DNA of 32,000 nucleotides, from contig NC_007517.1 in the NCBI RefSeq assembly GCF_000012925.1, forward strand, positions 1,590,001 to 1,622,000. Reading direction: 5' to 3'. The stretch comes from Geobacter metallireducens GS-15. GTDB lineage: Bacteria > Desulfobacterota > Desulfuromonadia > Geobacterales > Geobacteraceae. The first letter of the stretch is position 1, and every line of letters begins with the position of its first letter. The translations under genes and the position numbers were made by a program. The notes beneath the pieces are model-generated. The model saw only the letters and a program-made list of their open reading frames with translations, was not told the origin of the DNA and ran no database searches. Below, piece after piece: positions 12,724 through 21,081 of this stretch.

Positions 12724-13056
12724 ATGCGGAAGCGGATGTACCTCGTCCCTGCCGGCTGCATACTCTTCATTCTCTTCTTCACCGTTTTCGGCGAGCGGGG
12801 ACTTCTGCGCATCTACCACCTGAGCAGGGAGAAACAGGAAATTGCGGAGAAGGTGACCGAGGTCAGGGGTGAAAATGAGAAACTCAAGCGCGAGATAGAA
12901 GCGCTCAAGACCGACCGGCGTTACCTGGAAAGCATTGCCCGAAAGGATTTCGGGCTTGTGCGGCCCAATGAAGTCGTCTATCAGTTCCCGTCGTCGGACA
13001 AGGCCCAGGCCAAGACTCAGCAGCCGGTTTCATCGGCGGTCGAGAAGAAGCGATAG
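12724..13056 (+). CDS. ftsB: Septum formation initiator FtsB/DivIC family protein
   Basis: A single N-terminal TM helix, then a coiled coil (REKQEIAEKVTEVRGENEKLKREIEALKTD) and the conserved ESIARKDFGLVRPNEVVY motif. The ATG at 12724 has the AAGGAGGA RBS. The track start at 12706 overlaps the uxs stop and is the alternative. Confidence 0.75.
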   Translation: MRKRMYLVPAGCILFILFFTVFGERGLLRIYHLSREKQEIAEKVTEVRGENEKLKREIEALKTDRRYLESIARKDFGLVRPNEVVYQFPSSDKAQAKTQQPVSSAVEKKR

Positions 13057-13059
13057 GGT

Positions 13060-13090
13060 GAGCGGAGAGAATCCGCTCTTTCCTTTTTGT
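13060..13090 (+). terminator. Rho-independent terminator after ftsB
   Basis: Stem GAGCGGA / TCCGCTC with loop GAGAA, followed by TTTCCTTTTTGT. Confidence 0.65.
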
Positions 13091-13106
13091 CATCAGGAGA
13101 TTAACC

Positions 13107-13262
13107 ATGAGCAGTTCAAAGAGGCAGGCATGTGTCGTCTGCGCCTGGCGCGAAACATGTGCGAAGAAATTCTGCGTCACCGATGGCGGCGCGCGCTGTC
13201 CCGATTTCAGCCGTGACGTTTCCATTAAGGTTCCGGACGAAGAATCGGATGAAATACAATGA
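13107..13262 (+). CDS. Small Cys-rich protein (51 aa), function unknown; absent from the supplied ORF track because it is shorter than 60 aa
   Basis: AGGAGA lies 6 nt upstream of the ATG. Translation: [51 protein letters not shown]. It has five Cys (CxxC-x5-C-x4-C-x7-C) and an acidic tail. It sits between the ftsB terminator and argS, and its TGA overlaps the upstream candidate argS ATG (13259). Confidence 0.45.
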   Translation: MSSSKRQACVVCAWRETCAKKFCVTDGGARCPDFSRDVSIKVPDEESDEIQ

Positions 13263-13279
13263 GTCAACTGGAGGGAACA

Positions 13280-14968
13280 ATGAAGGATAGGGTTCGTTCT
13301 CTGGTCGCCGAGGGAATCGAGCGGTGTTTTGCCGACGGCTCTCTTGCCTCGAACCAGATGCCGGCCATAGTCATAGAGAAGCCGGCCCATGCCGAGCACG
13401 GCGACTTTGCCTGTACCGTCGCCATGTCCATGGCGAAGGCCGAGCGCAAGGCGCCGCGGGTGATTGCAGAGACAATCGTCAAACATATTGAAAATGGTGA
13501 AAGTGGTATCATCGGGGGAATCGATATAGCCGGCCCCGGTTTTATCAACTTCAGAATCAAGAACGAGGCATGGAGCAGAACGCTTGCGGTCGTGGAGGCG
13601 GCAGGGGCGAGCTTCGGGCGCAGCTGCGCGGGTGAAGAGCGTAAGGTGCAGGTGGAGTTTGTGAGTGCAAACCCCACGGGACCACTCCATATCGGCCACG
13701 GACGGGGTGCCGCCATCGGTGACACCATCTGTCGCCTTCTGTCAGCTTCCGGATTCGATGTGACCCGTGAGTTCTATTACAACGATGCCGGTGCCCAAAT
13801 CGCCAATCTTGCGCTTTCCGTTCAGTCACGCTGTCTCGGTATTGAGCCGGGAGACCCCCGGTGGCCGGCCGATGGCTATCAGGGCGACTATATCAAGGAC
13901 GTGGCCCGCTCCTATCTCAATCGCGAAACCGTAGATGCCGGTGACCAGCACGTCACTGCCGCCGGCGACCCGAATGACCTTGACGCGATCCGTCGCTTTG
14001 CCGTGGCCTATCTGCGGCGCGAACAGGATCAGGACCTCCTGGCCTTCGACGTGCATTTCGATGTCTACTCGCTTGAATCGAGCCTTTATACCGAAGGTCG
14101 TGTTGAAGAGGTAGTCAGGCGTCTGATCGAGAACGGCCATACCTTCGAGCAGGACGGCGCCCTCTGGTTGCGGACCACGGACTTTGGAGACGACAAGGAC
14201 CGGGTCATGCGCAAGTCGGACGGCAGTTACACCTACTTTGTCCCCGATGTTGCCTACCATCTGGCCAAGTGGGAACGTGGCTTCACCCGCGTCATTAACG
14301 AGCAGGGAGCGGACCACCACAGCACCATAACCCGCGTGCGTGCCGGTCTTCAGGCCCTCAATGCAGGAATCCCTCAAGAGTGGCCCGAGTACGTTCTACA
14401 CCAGATGGTTACGGTCATGCGCGGTGGTGAAGAGGTGAAAATATCCAAGCGCGCCGGTAGCTATGTTACGTTACGAGATCTGATCGACGAAGTGGGCCGT
14501 GATGCCACGAGATTCTTCTTCCTCATGAGGAAACCTGATTCTCAACTGGTTTTCGATATCGATCTGGCCAAACAGCAATCACTCGAAAACCCGGTTTACT
14601 ACGTCCAGTACGCCCATGCACGGATCAGCAGCATCTTCGAGGCCGCCTGTGACCGTGGAATCAGCGTTCCGTCCTTCCCTGATGCCCATGTGGATCTTCT
14701 CGAGACACCGGAAGAAATTGAACTCATCAAGCTCATCGGCTCTTTCCCCGAAGTTATCGAAGGAAGCGCCTTGTCCTTCGAGCCACACCGGATCACCTAC
14801 TACCTTCAGGAACTGGCAGGGGCTTTCCATTCTTTTTACAATAAAAATCGCGTCATAGGCGAAGGGAAGGAGTTGAGTTCGGCACGGCTCTTCCTCCTCA
14901 AGGGCGTTGCTCAAGTACTGAAGAACGGGCTTGCACTCCTGGGTGTCTCGGCACCGGAAAAGATGTAG
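13280..14968 (+). CDS. argS: Arginine--tRNA ligase
   Basis: HIGH-type motif [20 protein letters not shown], the ArgS N-terminal additional domain and a C-terminal DALR anticodon-binding domain ([13 protein letters not shown]...[11 protein letters not shown]). The ATG at 13280 (MKDRVRSL...) follows GGAGGG. The in-frame ATG at 13259 is the alternative. Confidence 0.97.
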   Translation: MKDRVRSLVAEGIERCFADGSLASNQMPAIVIEKPAHAEHGDFACTVAMSMAKAERKAPRVIAETIVKHIENGESGIIGGIDIAGPGFINFRIKNEAWSRTLAVVEAAGASFGRSCAGEERKVQVEFVSANPTGPLHIGHGRGAAIGDTICRLLSASGFDVTREFYYNDAGAQIANLALSVQSRCLGIEPGDPRWPADGYQGDYIKDVARSYLNRETVDAGDQHVTAAGDPNDLDAIRRFAVAYLRREQDQDLLAFDVHFDVYSLESSLYTEGRVEEVVRRLIENGHTFEQDGALWLRTTDFGDDKDRVMRKSDGSYTYFVPDVAYHLAKWERGFTRVINEQGADHHSTITRVRAGLQALNAGIPQEWPEYVLHQMVTVMRGGEEVKISKRAGSYVTLRDLIDEVGRDATRFFFLMRKPDSQLVFDIDLAKQQSLENPVYYVQYAHARISSIFEAACDRGISVPSFPDAHVDLLETPEEIELIKLIGSFPEVIEGSALSFEPHRITYYLQELAGAFHSFYNKNRVIGEGKELSSARLFLLKGVAQVLKNGLALLGVSAPEKM

Positions 14969-14980
14969 CTGGAAGGGTTT

Positions 14981-15784
14981 ATGGTCCTTGATTATCGTGA
15001 ACGGAAACCGGTCAACAAAAACCGGCCAAAATCGAAACCCGTCGGCCTCTTTGTCATAGCATTCGGCCTGGTTGCAGTCTGCTCCTTTGCCCTTGGTGTT
15101 CTGACGGACCGTTTTCTGCTTTCTCCTCGCAGCCTTAAGGTCGAAAATGCCCAGGCACCCCCTTCTGTCGCGCCGAAGAACGGCCCTCAGGAGCAACCCT
15201 CTTCAACTGCCAAGGATTCGGTGACCGCCAAACAGGGTGCAGCCCCTGCGCTTCAGGAACCATCTCTGACTTTTTACGAGACGTTACCCAAGGGCGGAAA
15301 AATTATTCTCGGGAGCGGCATGAATCCCAAAATGCCAAAGGTGCTAACCGCATCCCCCGCAAAAACAGCCACTGAGGCTTTGCCAAAAAATGACCAGGTT
15401 TTGCCGCGACAGACAGAAGCTGTGATGGTGCAAAAAGCCGACAAACCTGCCATTCCTGTCTCATCTCCAGAGAAAAGTGCGGCTGCAGATAATGCTGAAC
15501 GCCCGAAGGCGGCCGGCGAAACAGCCAAAGAAGTATCGGCGAAAAAAACTGCGGTATCCAAGGGGAAATTCTCCGTGCAGGTGGTATCCGCAAGGGAACG
15601 CAAGGAAGCAGACGCCATCAAATCGGGGTTACAGGAAAAGGGGTTTGCTGCCTATGTTGTTGAGTCCGTCGTTCCCGGTAAGGGGACATGGTATCGCGTA
15701 CGGGTGGGGAAACAAATGGATCAGTCGGCTGCCGCGAAGCTTGCAAAACAGCTCGGTAAGGCAGCAATAATAATTCCTGAATAG
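14981..15784 (+). CDS. SPOR domain-containing protein (septal peptidoglycan-binding)
   Basis: N-terminal TM helix, a low-complexity Ala/Pro/Lys linker and a C-terminal SPOR fold (FSVQVVSARERKEADAIKSGLQEKGFAAYVVES...WYRVRVGKQMDQSAAAKLAKQL). Confidence 0.85.
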   Translation: MVLDYRERKPVNKNRPKSKPVGLFVIAFGLVAVCSFALGVLTDRFLLSPRSLKVENAQAPPSVAPKNGPQEQPSSTAKDSVTAKQGAAPALQEPSLTFYETLPKGGKIILGSGMNPKMPKVLTASPAKTATEALPKNDQVLPRQTEAVMVQKADKPAIPVSSPEKSAAADNAERPKAAGETAKEVSAKKTAVSKGKFSVQVVSARERKEADAIKSGLQEKGFAAYVVESVVPGKGTWYRVRVGKQMDQSAAAKLAKQLGKAAIIIPE

Positions 15785-15801
15785 TAAGAGTGATTTTTTT
15801 A

Positions 15802-15830
15802 TTGACTCGAGATCGTGCTCATAGTATAAA
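15802..15830 (+). promoter_or_regulatory. Sigma70-type promoter for initiator tRNA
   Basis: TTGACT (15802-15807), a 17-nt spacer, then TATAAA (15825-15830), ending 14 nt upstream of the tRNA 5' end. An AT-rich tract (GATTTTTTTA) lies just upstream. Confidence 0.6.
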
Positions 15831-15844
15831 CAAATCTCTTGTGA

Positions 15845-15921
<77 letters not shown>

Positions 15922-15931
15922 AACAATAACA

Positions 15932-15965
15932 GGCGCTTAGCTGAAAATGCTAAGTGCCTTTTTTG
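15932..15965 (+). terminator. Rho-independent terminator after tRNA-fMet
   Basis: Stem GGCGCTTAGC / GCTAAGTGCC (one G:U pair) with loop TGAAAAT, followed by TTTTTTG. Confidence 0.7.
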
Positions 15966-16122
15966 TTGTCCTGACGCATGTTTTGCTTTGGGTGGCAAAA
16001 TAGATAGTTGCGAGTCCTACTCCTGTCAAGGCAATCCACCCCTTGGACTGAGTGAGCCGGTCCACGTACCGCTCCCAGAACTCGGCAATCTCAGGGGCCC
16101 GGAAGAGTGAAGGACATCTCCC

Positions 16123-17469
16123 ATGAATTCTGACCGCAAACAACGGTTGCTGACGCTGACCCCGGAGCGGCTGGCGGACGCCCTGCTGGAACTGGCCGCC
16201 CGCGATGATGCTGCCGACGATCTGGTGGAACGGATGATCGCTACCCCCTGGGAAAATATCGAGCGCTTCAGGAAAAGACTGGCCGGCATCAAGCGCAGCC
16301 GCCGCTTCATCCGGTGGGGTGAATCCGCGGCCTTTGCCCGTGAACTGCTTGCCCTCCTGCAGGATGTACAGGCGGGAGTCTCCGATCCCCGCACGGGCGC
16401 CGAGCTGGTTGCCGCCTTCTACGAGTGCGACAAGGGGGCCCTGGGAAACTGCGACGATTCCAGCGGCCATGTGGGTGATGTCTTCCGGCATGATGCCAGA
16501 GAACTCTTCGTCCACTACGCCTCCCGCTGCGACGAGAAGGAGTGGCTGGGGGATCTGGTTTACAAGGTGAGCCGTACCGATGACTATGGGGTGCGGGATG
16601 CCTTGGTCAAATGCGCCATCGACTATCTGCCGGAGCCGGTCATCCGGACCATGGTGAAACGGTTTCAGAAAATGGCCGACGGCGAGAGCGACGAATACCA
16701 CAAACGGCACTGGCTGGGGCTGGCCGAGTCCCTTGCCCGGCAGCTCAAGGATGCCCCCCTGTTCGAGCGGACACGGCGCGCCTCGTGGGGGAGTCTCTCC
16801 ACCGCAGCCTGCGTCGACATAGCCCGGGTATATTTGGAGAGCGGCGACGGGCAGACGGCCCTGGCGTGGCTCGAGAAGATTCCGGTGACGGAGAACTTCA
16901 TGGCGGAGGATCGGGACTCGCTGCTGCTGGAGGTCCATGGCCGACTGGGGAACCCAGCTCGGCAGGCCGACGTCGCCTGGCGGATCTTCAGGCGTCACAG
17001 AAGCCTTGCCTCCCTGACGCGACTGCTGGACGTAATCGGCAGTGACCAGAGGGATGCCGTAGTGGCAGGGGAAGTTGCCGCCATTCTCGGGGAGGATCGG
17101 TTCTCTCCGGGGGATGCCGCCTTTCTGGTGGAGGTCGAGCGCCCCGACGACGCGGAAAACTATCTCCTCAGGCATGCCGACGCGCTTAACGGCGACGACT
17201 ACAGCGGGCTTCTCCCCCTGGCCGAGGCCATGGAGCAGAGCGGTCGCCACCTCTGCGCTTCCTTGCTGTATCGGGCACTGCTCGATTCGATCCTCCGCCG
17301 GGCCCAGACCAAGACCTATCCCCACGGTGCCCGGTATCTCCGCAAGCTCGATAAACTCGCCGGGACCATTACCGACTGGCGCACCTTTGAGTCCCATGAC
17401 TTTTACAAGGAGAATCTCCGGCTGAACCACGGCCGGAAAAGCAGTTTCTGGTCCCGTTACGGGGAGTAA
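16123..17469 (+). CDS. Conserved hypothetical alpha-helical protein, 448 aa (from memory it resembles the DUF6880-type family; unverified)
   Basis: ATG with GAAGGA upstream, strong GC3 bias in this frame and a balanced charged/helical composition. The C-terminus reads ...YPHGARYLRKLDKLAGTITDWRTFESHDFYKENLRLNHGRKSSFWSRY. The longer antisense ORF (15937..17616) is Gly/Pro-rich, has no RBS and is taken to be a shadow ORF. Confidence 0.8.
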   Translation: MNSDRKQRLLTLTPERLADALLELAARDDAADDLVERMIATPWENIERFRKRLAGIKRSRRFIRWGESAAFARELLALLQDVQAGVSDPRTGAELVAAFYECDKGALGNCDDSSGHVGDVFRHDARELFVHYASRCDEKEWLGDLVYKVSRTDDYGVRDALVKCAIDYLPEPVIRTMVKRFQKMADGESDEYHKRHWLGLAESLARQLKDAPLFERTRRASWGSLSTAACVDIARVYLESGDGQTALAWLEKIPVTENFMAEDRDSLLLEVHGRLGNPARQADVAWRIFRRHRSLASLTRLLDVIGSDQRDAVVAGEVAAILGEDRFSPGDAAFLVEVERPDDAENYLLRHADALNGDDYSGLLPLAEAMEQSGRHLCASLLYRALLDSILRRAQTKTYPHGARYLRKLDKLAGTITDWRTFESHDFYKENLRLNHGRKSSFWSRYGE

Positions 17470-17479
17470 GGTTGGTGTG

Positions 17480-17608
17480 ATGATTCTCGGCAGGAGGAAG
17501 AAACCGACTGTGGTGGTTCCAGGCGGGCCATGGATGGCGCTGCTCTGGGTGGCGTTGTCGGTTTGTTTCTGGGGATGCCAGGTATTATACTCGGCCGGTA
17601 ATCGGTGA
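17480..17608 (+). CDS. Candidate small membrane protein (42 aa)
   Basis: MILGRRKKPTVVVPGGPWMALLWVALSVCFWGCQVLYSAGNR*. It has a basic N-terminus followed by one hydrophobic helix. It begins 11 nt after the stop of the 448-aa gene and has only a weak RBS (AAGG). Not in the ORF track. Confidence 0.25.
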   Translation: MILGRRKKPTVVVPGGPWMALLWVALSVCFWGCQVLYSAGNR

Positions 17609-17768
17609 ACTTTCACTACAACTCAGACTGAACGAAGCGAGTCGGGTTGGTTTTGGCACTGTGGTGGGCATGGCAATTGGCGTGGCCGGCAAGTTGGCCA
17701 TCGGCTTCGCCATGATCGGACTTTTTCTCGTGAAGTGGTTTATATGAAAGAATTAATGGTGGGTTTTA

Positions 17769-18338
17769 ATGATTCCTAGAGTCCCCTCACCAGCGACTAT
17801 GCTGTCAGTATTGAAACTCTTCCTCATTCCGGTCGGTGGCGGGATACCCGCCGGCGTCATGCTCGCCCAGACCAAAGGTGTGGCGTGGCCTTTTACGACA
17901 CTGCTTTATCTGGCATCGGACATCATCCTGGCGCTTGCCTTTGAACCGGTTCTCCGGTTGCTTGCCTTCATCTGCGGGAAGGTTTCCTTTTTATCCCGGA
18001 TCGGTGCGGTTATGAAAGCAGCGACAGCCCGCAGCGTCTCCCATTTCAGCGGTACTGGCGCAGGTCCGATTGCTCTCATCATGATTGCCTTCGGCGTTGA
18101 CCCAATGACAGGTCGGGCCTCGGCTCTTGCGGCCGGACACGGCATTATCGCAGGGTGGGCGTTCGCCATTGCTGGGGACATGATCTACTTCGCGGTTATC
18201 GCGATCAGCACCCTGCGTCTCAATTCCTATATCCACGACCCTAACATTACGATGCTGATAATCCTTGTTGCGATGTTCTGCGTTCCGGCCTTGGTGCGCT
18301 TCATCCGTTCCAAGCTGGTCATCCTGCAGAAGGCGTAG
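17769..18338 (+). CDS. Integral membrane protein, COG2426 / putative small multidrug-export-like family
   Basis: 189 aa with about five hydrophobic helices. The LFLIPVGGGIPAGVMLA...ASDIILALAFEPVL pattern is reminiscent of that family. The assignment rests on pattern memory only. Confidence 0.6.
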   Translation: MIPRVPSPATMLSVLKLFLIPVGGGIPAGVMLAQTKGVAWPFTTLLYLASDIILALAFEPVLRLLAFICGKVSFLSRIGAVMKAATARSVSHFSGTGAGPIALIMIAFGVDPMTGRASALAAGHGIIAGWAFAIAGDMIYFAVIAISTLRLNSYIHDPNITMLIILVAMFCVPALVRFIRSKLVILQKA

Positions 18339-18476
18339 CCATGGGAGAGCTCCGCGCAGTCCCAAGATCGGTATGGCAATTATCGGTTAGCACAGAGCGT
18401 TGGAAACGGCGGTGAGTAATCTCAATCCCAATCGGAGACTGATCAATCTGACGACCAGATTGGCGGGTGTTTAAAA

Positions 18477-18737
18477 GTGAGCTGGCAGGTTTACATAATC
18501 CTTTGCTCCGACAATTCGTTGTATACCGGGATTACTACGGATCTTGACCGGAGGTTCCGCCAGCATGCAGGTGGGACTGGCGCAAAGTATTTCCGGGGAC
18601 GGCGACCGCTGCGGGTAGTCTATCTTGAAAACGACCACAGCCGCTCGTCAGCCGCCAGCAGGGAAGCGAAGATCAAGGCCATGGGCCGTACCGAGAAAAT
18701 GAATCTGATCACCACAACGTCTTTGCGGGCAAGGTAA
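18477..18737 (+). CDS. GIY-YIG nuclease-superfamily protein (UPF0213/YhbQ-like)
   Basis: WQVYIILCSDNSLYTGITTDLDRRFRQH....AKYFRGRRPLRVVYLE...SRSSAASREAKIK matches the single-domain GIY-YIG motif order (YIL..., YTG, R..QH, E..IK). GTG start, so the start position is uncertain. Confidence 0.8.
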   Translation: MSWQVYIILCSDNSLYTGITTDLDRRFRQHAGGTGAKYFRGRRPLRVVYLENDHSRSSAASREAKIKAMGRTEKMNLITTTSLRAR

Positions 18738-18919
18738 GTACATGTGTAGGTGTGTAGCCGGGTAAGAGGATAACATGGCCGGACATGTCGTTGTCGGTAC
18801 CGACGTGCGTCGATAATGAATCAAGACAGCTTTCGACATGGTCAACAATTTTCTCTCTGGCCACGCCATGCGTAATGCTCAAGCTCTTCCAGGGGTAACC
18901 TCCCTCACACACCACCCGC

Positions 18920-18948
18920 TTGACACGCTGCTCCTCTGGTGATAGGTT
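18920..18948 (+). promoter_or_regulatory. Putative lexA promoter
   Basis: TTGACA (18920-18925), a 17-nt spacer, then TAGGTT (18943-18948). The -10 element overlaps the LexA box. Confidence 0.45.
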
Positions 18949-18962
18949 GGCACATGTGAACC
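18945..18962 (+). promoter_or_regulatory. LexA operator (Geobacter-type SOS box)
   Basis: GGTTGGCACATGTGAACC matches every constrained position of GGTT-N2-C-N4-G-N3-ACC. That imperfect palindrome was reported as the binding site of both Geobacter sulfurreducens LexA proteins in their own promoters (Jara et al., J Bacteriol 2003). It lies 18 nt upstream of the lexA ATG. Confidence 0.8.
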
Positions 18963-18979
18963 TATAGAGGAGCAGCGCC

Positions 18980-19585
18980 ATGGAAGAACTCACCCCTCGC
19001 CAGAACGAAGTCCTCCGATTTCTCGAAGGCTACCTCACCCAATACGGCTATCCCCCAACCATGAGGGACATTGCCGCCCATCTGCGGATAAGTGGCACCC
19101 TTGGGGTATCGAAACACCTCACCGCCTTGGAACGCAAAGGGTACATCCGCAGGGACCCTGGCAACTCCCGCGGCATTTCCCTCGTGGGCCACGGATCAAA
19201 ATCGGCATCGCTCCCGATCGCTGGCGTGGTGCGGGCCGGCATGCTCCAGCCGGCCATCGAGGATATCGAGGGGTATCTGGCCATCGACCAGGCCCAGCTC
19301 AAGGGGGGAAAGTTCTTCCTGCGGGTGAAAGGGGACTCCATGGTGAACGCCGCCATCCTCGACGGCGACCTGGCCCTCATCCGTCCGCAGCCCACTGCGG
19401 AGAATAACGACATCGTCGTCGCCATGGTCGACGGCGAGGCGACCCTCAAGGCCTTTTACCGGGAGCGGGGACAGATTCGCCTCCAGCCCCGCAACCCGAA
19501 CATGGAGCCGATCATCATCCGGGAAGGGGAGGGTGAGGTCGCGATCGTCGGCAAGGTGGTCGGGATCTTCCGGACCCTGGAATAA
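18980..19585 (+). CDS. lexA: LexA repressor (SOS transcriptional regulator / S24 autopeptidase)
   Basis: Winged-helix N-terminus (LTPRQNEVLRFLEGYLTQYGYPPTMRDIA), an Ala-Gly cleavage region (VVRAGM), catalytic Ser in GDSMVNAAI and Lys in ATLKAFY. Confidence 0.95.
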   Translation: MEELTPRQNEVLRFLEGYLTQYGYPPTMRDIAAHLRISGTLGVSKHLTALERKGYIRRDPGNSRGISLVGHGSKSASLPIAGVVRAGMLQPAIEDIEGYLAIDQAQLKGGKFFLRVKGDSMVNAAILDGDLALIRPQPTAENNDIVVAMVDGEATLKAFYRERGQIRLQPRNPNMEPIIIREGEGEVAIVGKVVGIFRTLE

Positions 19586-19588
19586 GCC

Positions 19589-19843
19589 ATGCTGCAGCGG
19601 GTACAGGAACAGATCAGAGTCGGGGCCGTCTTTGGCCCGGGGCCGTCCATCCACCCGGTCTGGTTCGACTGGCGGCAACAGAAACACGCCATAGAGAAGG
19701 TCACCTACCGCTGGCGGCACATTGCGGGCAATGCCCTCCTGCTTCACTTCGCCGTTACCGACGGCACTGCCCTCTATGAGCTGATCTACAACTCCCGGGA
19801 ACAACTCTGGACCCTGGAAGCGGCCGATGCGGAGGTCGTGTGA
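19589..19843 (+). CDS. Hypothetical 84-aa protein embedded in the lexA-dinB operon
   Basis: The ATG lies 3 nt after the lexA stop. Its stop overlaps the dinB GTG start in GTGTGA (4-nt overlap). It has GC3-biased codons and no recognisable motif: MLQRVQEQIRVGAVFGPGPSIHPVWFDWRQQKHAIEKVTYRWRHIAGNALLLHFAVTDGTALYELIYNSREQLWTLEAADAEVV. Confidence 0.65.
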   Translation: MLQRVQEQIRVGAVFGPGPSIHPVWFDWRQQKHAIEKVTYRWRHIAGNALLLHFAVTDGTALYELIYNSREQLWTLEAADAEVV

Positions 19844-21081
19844 GCGGCCGGGTCATCATGCACGTGGACATGAACGCCTTTTTCGCCAGCGTGGAGCAGC
19901 AGCACGACCCCGCGCTCAGGGGCAAGCCCATCGCCGTCATCGGCTCCGCAGCCCGCACCGTCATCACCACTGCCTCCTACGAGGCCCGGGCCTTTGGCGT
20001 CAAAACCGGCATGACCGTCTGGCAGGCACAACAGAAATGCCCCCAGATCATCCTCGTCACCGGAGACAACCGGAAATACACCTACACCTCCGCCCGGATC
20101 GTCGAGATGATGAAGCAGTTCACCCCGCTGGTGGAGGTCTTCTCCATCGACGAGGCCTTTCTCGACGTCACCGGCTCCCTCTCCCTGTATTCCAGCGCCG
20201 AGCGGATCGCCTTTCTCCTCAAGGCCGAGATCCGGCACCACTTCGGCCTTACCTGCTCCATCGGCATCGCCCCCAACAAGCTCCTCGCCAAGCTCGCCTC
20301 GGAGATGAAAAAGCCCGACGGCCTCACCGTCATCAAGCCCGACGACGTTGCCCCGGTCCTCGAAACCCTGCCGATCAAGGAACTCTGCGGTATCGGCGCC
20401 AAGATGGAGTGCCAGCTGAACCTCCTGGGGATCAGAACCTGCGGCGAGTTGGGCCGCTACCCGGTGGACCGGCTGATGCGCAAATTCGGGATAGTGGGCG
20501 AGAAGCTCCACCTCATGGGGCAGGGGATCGACGACTCCCCGGTAGTCCCCCACGAAGAGGCCGAGGAAGTCAAATCGGTGGGCCACTCGACGACGCTTGA
20601 GCACGACATCGAGGACCGGCGGGAGATCCTTAGGTGGCTCCTCCAACTCTCCGAGATGGTGGGGCGCCGGGCCCGCAGATATAACGTCTGGGGAAAGACC
20701 GTCACCCTCTCCATCCGCTACGCCGACTTCGACACCTGGGTAGGGAGGCAGGAAACGCTCCCCCACCACATCAACCAGAGCGATGACATCTACCGGGCCG
20801 CCGTCGCCATCCTCGATACTCTTGTCCTGGAGCAGCCGGTAAGGCTCCTGGGGGTAAGGCTCAGTAACCTCCGCTACGAGTCGAACCAACTGCCGCTCTT
20901 CGAGGAGGAGCGGAAGAAGGTGCTCCTGGCCGGGGCCATGGACCAGGTGAACGACAGGTTCGGCGACTTCGCCGTCACCTTTGGGAGCCTCCTGGACAAG
21001 GAGCGGCGCCAGGAGAAGGGCTCCCACGTCATCTCCCCCGCCTGGCGGCCGGAGGGGATCAGGAATGTGGATGTGAAGTGA
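19840..21081 (+). CDS. dinB: DNA polymerase IV (Y-family translesion polymerase)
   Basis: IMHVDMNAFFASVEQ, FSIDEAFLDVTG, GIAPNKLLAKLASEMKKPDG and the HhH segment LPIKELCGIGAK. GTG start preceded by GGAGG. Confidence 0.95.
   Translation: MSGRVIMHVDMNAFFASVEQQHDPALRGKPIAVIGSAARTVITTASYEARAFGVKTGMTVWQAQQKCPQIILVTGDNRKYTYTSARIVEMMKQFTPLVEVFSIDEAFLDVTGSLSLYSSAERIAFLLKAEIRHHFGLTCSIGIAPNKLLAKLASEMKKPDGLTVIKPDDVAPVLETLPIKELCGIGAKMECQLNLLGIRTCGELGRYPVDRLMRKFGIVGEKLHLMGQGIDDSPVVPHEEAEEVKSVGHSTTLEHDIEDRREILRWLLQLSEMVGRRARRYNVWGKTVTLSIRYADFDTWVGRQETLPHHINQSDDIYRAAVAILDTLVLEQPVRLLGVRLSNLRYESNQLPLFEEERKKVLLAGAMDQVNDRFGDFAVTFGSLLDKERRQEKGSHVISPAWRPEGIRNVDVK

Noticed and set aside
15937-17616. 559-aa minus-strand ORF, longer than the plus-strand gene it overlaps
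   Set aside because: Its composition is Gly/Pro/Ala/Val-rich, it has no RBS, and it runs through the tRNA-fMet terminator. The plus-strand frame (16123..17469) has the GC3 bias, an RBS and protein-like composition. The last ~40 codons (..PEIAEFWERYVDRLTQSKGWIALTGVGLATIYF..) look mildly protein-like but have no usable start.
18421-18440. Possible att-type direct repeat of the tRNA-fMet 3' end (CAAATCCTATCCCC vs TCAATCCCAATCGG)
   Set aside because: It is only a fragmentary match with several mismatches, there is no integrase gene, and the GC content of the intervening block is native.
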